Shown in pieces: positions 47,499-51,024 of a stretch of DNA of 51,024 bases (its first letter is position 1; every line of letters starts with the position of its first letter). The notes below the pieces were generated by a model that saw only the letters and a list, made by a program, of their open reading frames with translations, ran no database searches and was not told the DNA's origin. The translations under genes and the position numbers were made by a program. Source of the stretch: Brachyspira sp. (lineage in GTDB: Bacteria > Spirochaetota > Brachyspiria > Brachyspirales > Brachyspiraceae); NCBI RefSeq assembly GCF_050873525.1, contig NZ_JBNMIZ010000001.1, positions 1 through 51,024 of the forward strand. Reading direction: 5' to 3'.

Positions 47499-48791
47499 AT
47501 GATTAAAAGATACACAAGAAAAGAAATGGGCGAACTTTGGAGTTTGCAAAACGAATTTCAAACGATGCTCGATGTGGAAATAGCGGCTTGCGAGGCGATG
47601 GCTGAATTGGGAGAAATTCCAAAAGAGGATTTGAAAAATATAAAAGAAAAATCTTCGTTTACCGTTGAAAGAATTGCCGAAATTGAAAAAGAAACGAACC
47701 ATGATATAATCGCTTTCGTTACGGCGGTTCAGGAAAATGTCGGAGAAGGCGGACAGTTTATACATAAAGGGCTTACTTCAAGCGATGTGAAGGATACTGC
47801 GCTTGCGATAATGATGAAAAAATCTGCGGAAATAATATTAAATGATTTGAAAAAACTTTCGGAGATTTTATTAAAAAGAGCGAAAGAACATAAATATACT
47901 TTATGTATTGGAAGAACTCATGGAATTCATGCCGAGCCTATGACTCTGGGACTCAAATTTATTTTATGGCTTGATGAAAATGAAAGAAACATTAAAAGAA
48001 TAGAGCGAGCGAAAGAAATCGTATCGGTTGGAAAATTGTCGGGAGCGGTTGGAACTTACAGCAATATCAATCCGAAAATAGAGGAGTTGGTTTGCAAAAA
48101 ATTAGGACTAAAAGCGGATAAAATTTCTACTCAAATAATTCAAAGAGACAGACATGCTGAATATTTGACAAGTTTATCAATAGTTGCAAGTTCTTTGGAA
48201 AAATTTGCAACGGAAATTAGAAATTTGCAGAGAACGGATTTAAGAGAAGTAGAAGAATATTTTAGCGAAAAACAAAAAGGTTCTTCTGCAATGCCTCATA
48301 AAAGAAACCCGATTACCTGCGAGAGAATTTCTGGCTTGGCGCGAATCGTTCGGGCAAACGCTCTTGCTTCTTTGGAAAATATCACTCTTTGGCATGAAAG
48401 AGATATAAGTCATTCTTCGGTTGAAAGAGTAATTCTTCCAGATTCTACTATTATAGTAGATTATTGTTTAAATAAATTTATGGATATAGTCGACAAACTT
48501 TTAATTTATCCTCAAAACATGAAAAATAATTTAGAGAAAACGGGCGGATTAATTTTTAGTCAGAGAATTTTAATTAGTCTCGTTAATAAAGGAATTTCAA
48601 GAAACGACGCGTATTTATGGGTTCAAAGAAACGCGATGAAACGATGGCTTAATAACGAAGATTTTAAAGAGAATATTCATAAAGACGAAGATATAAAAAA
48701 ATATTTGTCGGATAAAGAAATTGACGATTGTTTTGATTATAAATATTATTTAAGAAATATCGATTTGATAATGAAAAGATTTGATATTTAA
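47499..48791 (+). CDS. purB: Adenylosuccinate lyase
   Basis: T.HD..AF, H.GLTSSD, GRTHGIHAEP, GSSAMPHKRNP, WHERDISHSSVER. Confidence 0.97.
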   Translation: MIKRYTRKEMGELWSLQNEFQTMLDVEIAACEAMAELGEIPKEDLKNIKEKSSFTVERIAEIEKETNHDIIAFVTAVQENVGEGGQFIHKGLTSSDVKDTALAIMMKKSAEIILNDLKKLSEILLKRAKEHKYTLCIGRTHGIHAEPMTLGLKFILWLDENERNIKRIERAKEIVSVGKLSGAVGTYSNINPKIEELVCKKLGLKADKISTQIIQRDRHAEYLTSLSIVASSLEKFATEIRNLQRTDLREVEEYFSEKQKGSSAMPHKRNPITCERISGLARIVRANALASLENITLWHERDISHSSVERVILPDSTIIVDYCLNKFMDIVDKLLIYPQNMKNNLEKTGGLIFSQRILISLVNKGISRNDAYLWVQRNAMKRWLNNEDFKENIHKDEDIKKYLSDKEIDDCFDYKYYLRNIDLIMKRFDI

Positions 48792-48822
48792 AAAACAACG
48801 GACGAAGTCTTAACCTCGCCCG
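48790..48822 (-). terminator. Intrinsic terminator at the trailer end of the CRISPR array
   Basis: CGGGCGAGG-UUAAGA-CUUCGUCCG then UUGUUUUUU; the G-U pairs work only on the minus strand. Confidence 0.7.
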
Positions 48823-48869
48823 TGCTTGAATGCGTGAATTAGAATTATTATTATATTCTTTTATTTCCA

Positions 48870-51024
48870 ATTTACATTCCACTATGGTTAGATTTATTAT
48901 GTCTGTCGTATCTCCAGCAAAACCTCCGCCTGAAGCATTTACATTCCACTATGGTTAGATTTATTATTCAAAACGGCGATATAAAACTTATTATGACAGA
49001 AGAATTTACATTCCACTATGGTTAGATTTATTATTCCTGCAGTTCTCATTCTCTCATATTGAACATCAAGATTTACATTCCACTATGGTTAGATTAATTA
49101 TTTTCAAGCGAGCAACTAGCTCAAGGAATGTGGGAGAATTTACATTCCACTAGGGTTAGATTAATTATAGCTTTTTGACTTATACAAGCAAGACATTTTC
49201 CGCAATTTACATTCCACTATGGTTAGATTAATTATTAATTGACATGAATCGTTATCTGGTATGCAGTTAATATTTACATTCCACTATGGTTAGATTAATT
49301 ATTCGAAGTCGGATTTTCGAGAAAATCCCATAGAGTCCCATTTACATTCCACTATGGTTAGATTAATTATATAATTTTTCCCCTTTTAAAAAGTTTAATC
49401 AAATACATTTACATTCCACTATGGTTAGATTAATTATGTCCGTAGACAGGTTGTAGACTGATATGATTTAATTCATTTACATTCCACTATGGTTAGATTA
49501 ATTATTTCGCTCATAAAAGTAATATGCCAAGTCGCGTTAATATTTACATTCCACTATGGTTAGATTAATTATCGTTTTCAAGTCTTCGCATGAATTATGC
49601 TTTGTATGGATTTACGTTCCACTATGGTTAGATTAATTATGAGTGACCCAGATTATAATGTGGGTATAGATTATCAATTTACATTCCACTATGGTTAGAT
49701 TAATTATCATTAAGCGGTTTTGTATCGTCTTCGGCAATTTATGATTTACATTCCACTATGGTTAGATTAATTATAATTTTATCAATGTTTTTGATTTCCA
49801 TGAATTGACCATTTACATTCCACTATGGTTAGATTAATTATTAGTGGTAAGCACGCTGGTGTGGGTGGCTTACGAGCATTTACATTCCACTATGGTTAGA
49901 TTAATTATCAGCAGTAACAAGAGCAATGCAAGATTACCAAGCAAAATTTACATTCCACTATGGTTAGATTAATTATTGCCACAATTTCAAATTGGAGTTT
50001 AAAGATATTATCATTTACATTCCACTATGGTTAGATTAATTATGTAAATATCACTCGATACATTATACTGAATATGGCAATTTACATTCCACTATGGTTA
50101 GATTAATTATATTCGGCTTAAACGGACGCTTGCCGTTATTCCCCTGATTTACATTCCACTATGGTTAGATTAATTATTCTGATATAATTTCCTTTTCTGC
50201 ATTCAAGCCCGAATTTACAGTCCACTATGGTTAGATTAATTATGCATTGAGAAAATGGGTTTTAAATGACTTGTGGATTATTTACATTCCACTATGGTTA
50301 GATTAATTATGAAGAAACGCGTTGATGATTATGCTCATGTCGAATAATTTACATTCCACTATGGTTAGATTAATTATTATCAAATCCTGTTAATATTAAT
50401 TCTCCTGTTCAGGATTTACATTCCACTATGGTTAGATTAATTATTAATATTAATATAAACAAAAAATAGGAGATACAAAAATTTACATTCCACTATGGTT
50501 AGATTAATTATTTTAAAGCTGTTCAAACGATTATTGAAAAAGCCAAGCATTTACATTCCACTATGGTTAGATTAATTATTTTTACTCGGCGGACAGCTTT
50601 TCGGCTTATATAAGCATTTACATTCCACTATGGTTAGATTAATTATAAATAAGAGACAAGTTTCCTCTCGTGTCGATTTTTGGATTTACATTCCACTATG
50701 GTTAGATTAATTATTTAAATGATTTATCTGTTCGTTATCTATAAAAATCGATTTACATTCCACTATGGTTAGATTAATTATATTATTAACATAATTTTTG
50801 ACGGCGATGACTTGACTTATTTACATTCCACTATGGTTAGATTAATTATCTCATTTGATTTTCAATCTATTGGTATTTTGGAAAAATTTACATTCCACTA
50901 TGGTTAGATTTATTATACTGGTCGGACAGAGTGCCTCCTCTCTATCCCGCTAATTTACATTCCACTATGGTTAGATTTATTATAGTAAATTGCTCTCTAA
51001 TTCAAATTATAGACTGAATATTTA
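48870..51024 (-). CRISPR. CRISPR array with type I-B-like repeat; 32 complete repeats, 32 spacers, 33rd repeat cut by the window edge
   Basis: 31-nt repeat ATTTACATTCCACTATGGTTAGATT(A/T)ATTAT on +, with unique 35-37 nt spacers. The reverse complement ends GGAATGTAAAT like clostridial I-B repeats, and the minus-strand terminator supports that orientation. No cas genes in the window. Confidence 0.98.

Noticed and set aside
48823..48869. AT-rich stretch left of the first CRISPR repeat as the array leader
   Set aside because: Only about 80 nt from the purB stop, contains a minus-strand terminator, and repeat orientation places the leader beyond the right edge.
2163..48882. Short antisense or alternate-frame ORFs in the track (e.g. 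2163..2348, 9604..9924, 11420..11794, 25245..25706, 33372..33578, 36946..37452, 47490..47765)
   Set aside because: They overlap well-supported genes and show the F/S/I/L-rich composition of shadow ORFs, with no RBS or motifs.
48901..51019. Self-targeting or duplicated spacers
   Set aside because: None noticed by eye; an exhaustive alignment was not possible, so no claim is made.

Overview
AT-rich (roughly 27-28% GC by eye) chromosomal segment of a Brachyspira-like spirochaete; the genus call is inferred from protein character. The housekeeping backbone (galK, fapA-like, fmt, creD, greA, metX, rpmH-rnpA-yidD-yidC-jag, serB, argS, probable 6S RNA, purB) is interrupted by accessory modules: six small paralogous lipoproteins, an AlwI-family type II R-M system with two methyltransferases, an Rpn + McrBC defence locus, a nickel/metallophore ABC importer with MATE and M14 deacylase genes, and a type I-B-like CRISPR array (32 full repeats) that runs off the right edge. 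The most notable unannotated signals are four. (1) Two apparently related short leader ORFs contain simple sequence repeats; loss of one unit would shift translation into a long open frame ending exactly at the start of a surface-structure gene, suggesting phase variation by leader-ORF frameshifting. (2) A Met-codon leader peptide with a terminator/antiterminator pair lies upstream of metX, suggesting a methionine-sensing ribosomal attenuator. (3) Several CRISPR spacers translate to Microviridae-like capsid and pilot-protein motifs. (4) Both rpn and mcrB carry an internal RBS and in-frame ATG. All family assignments are from motif recognition by eye; no database searches were run.
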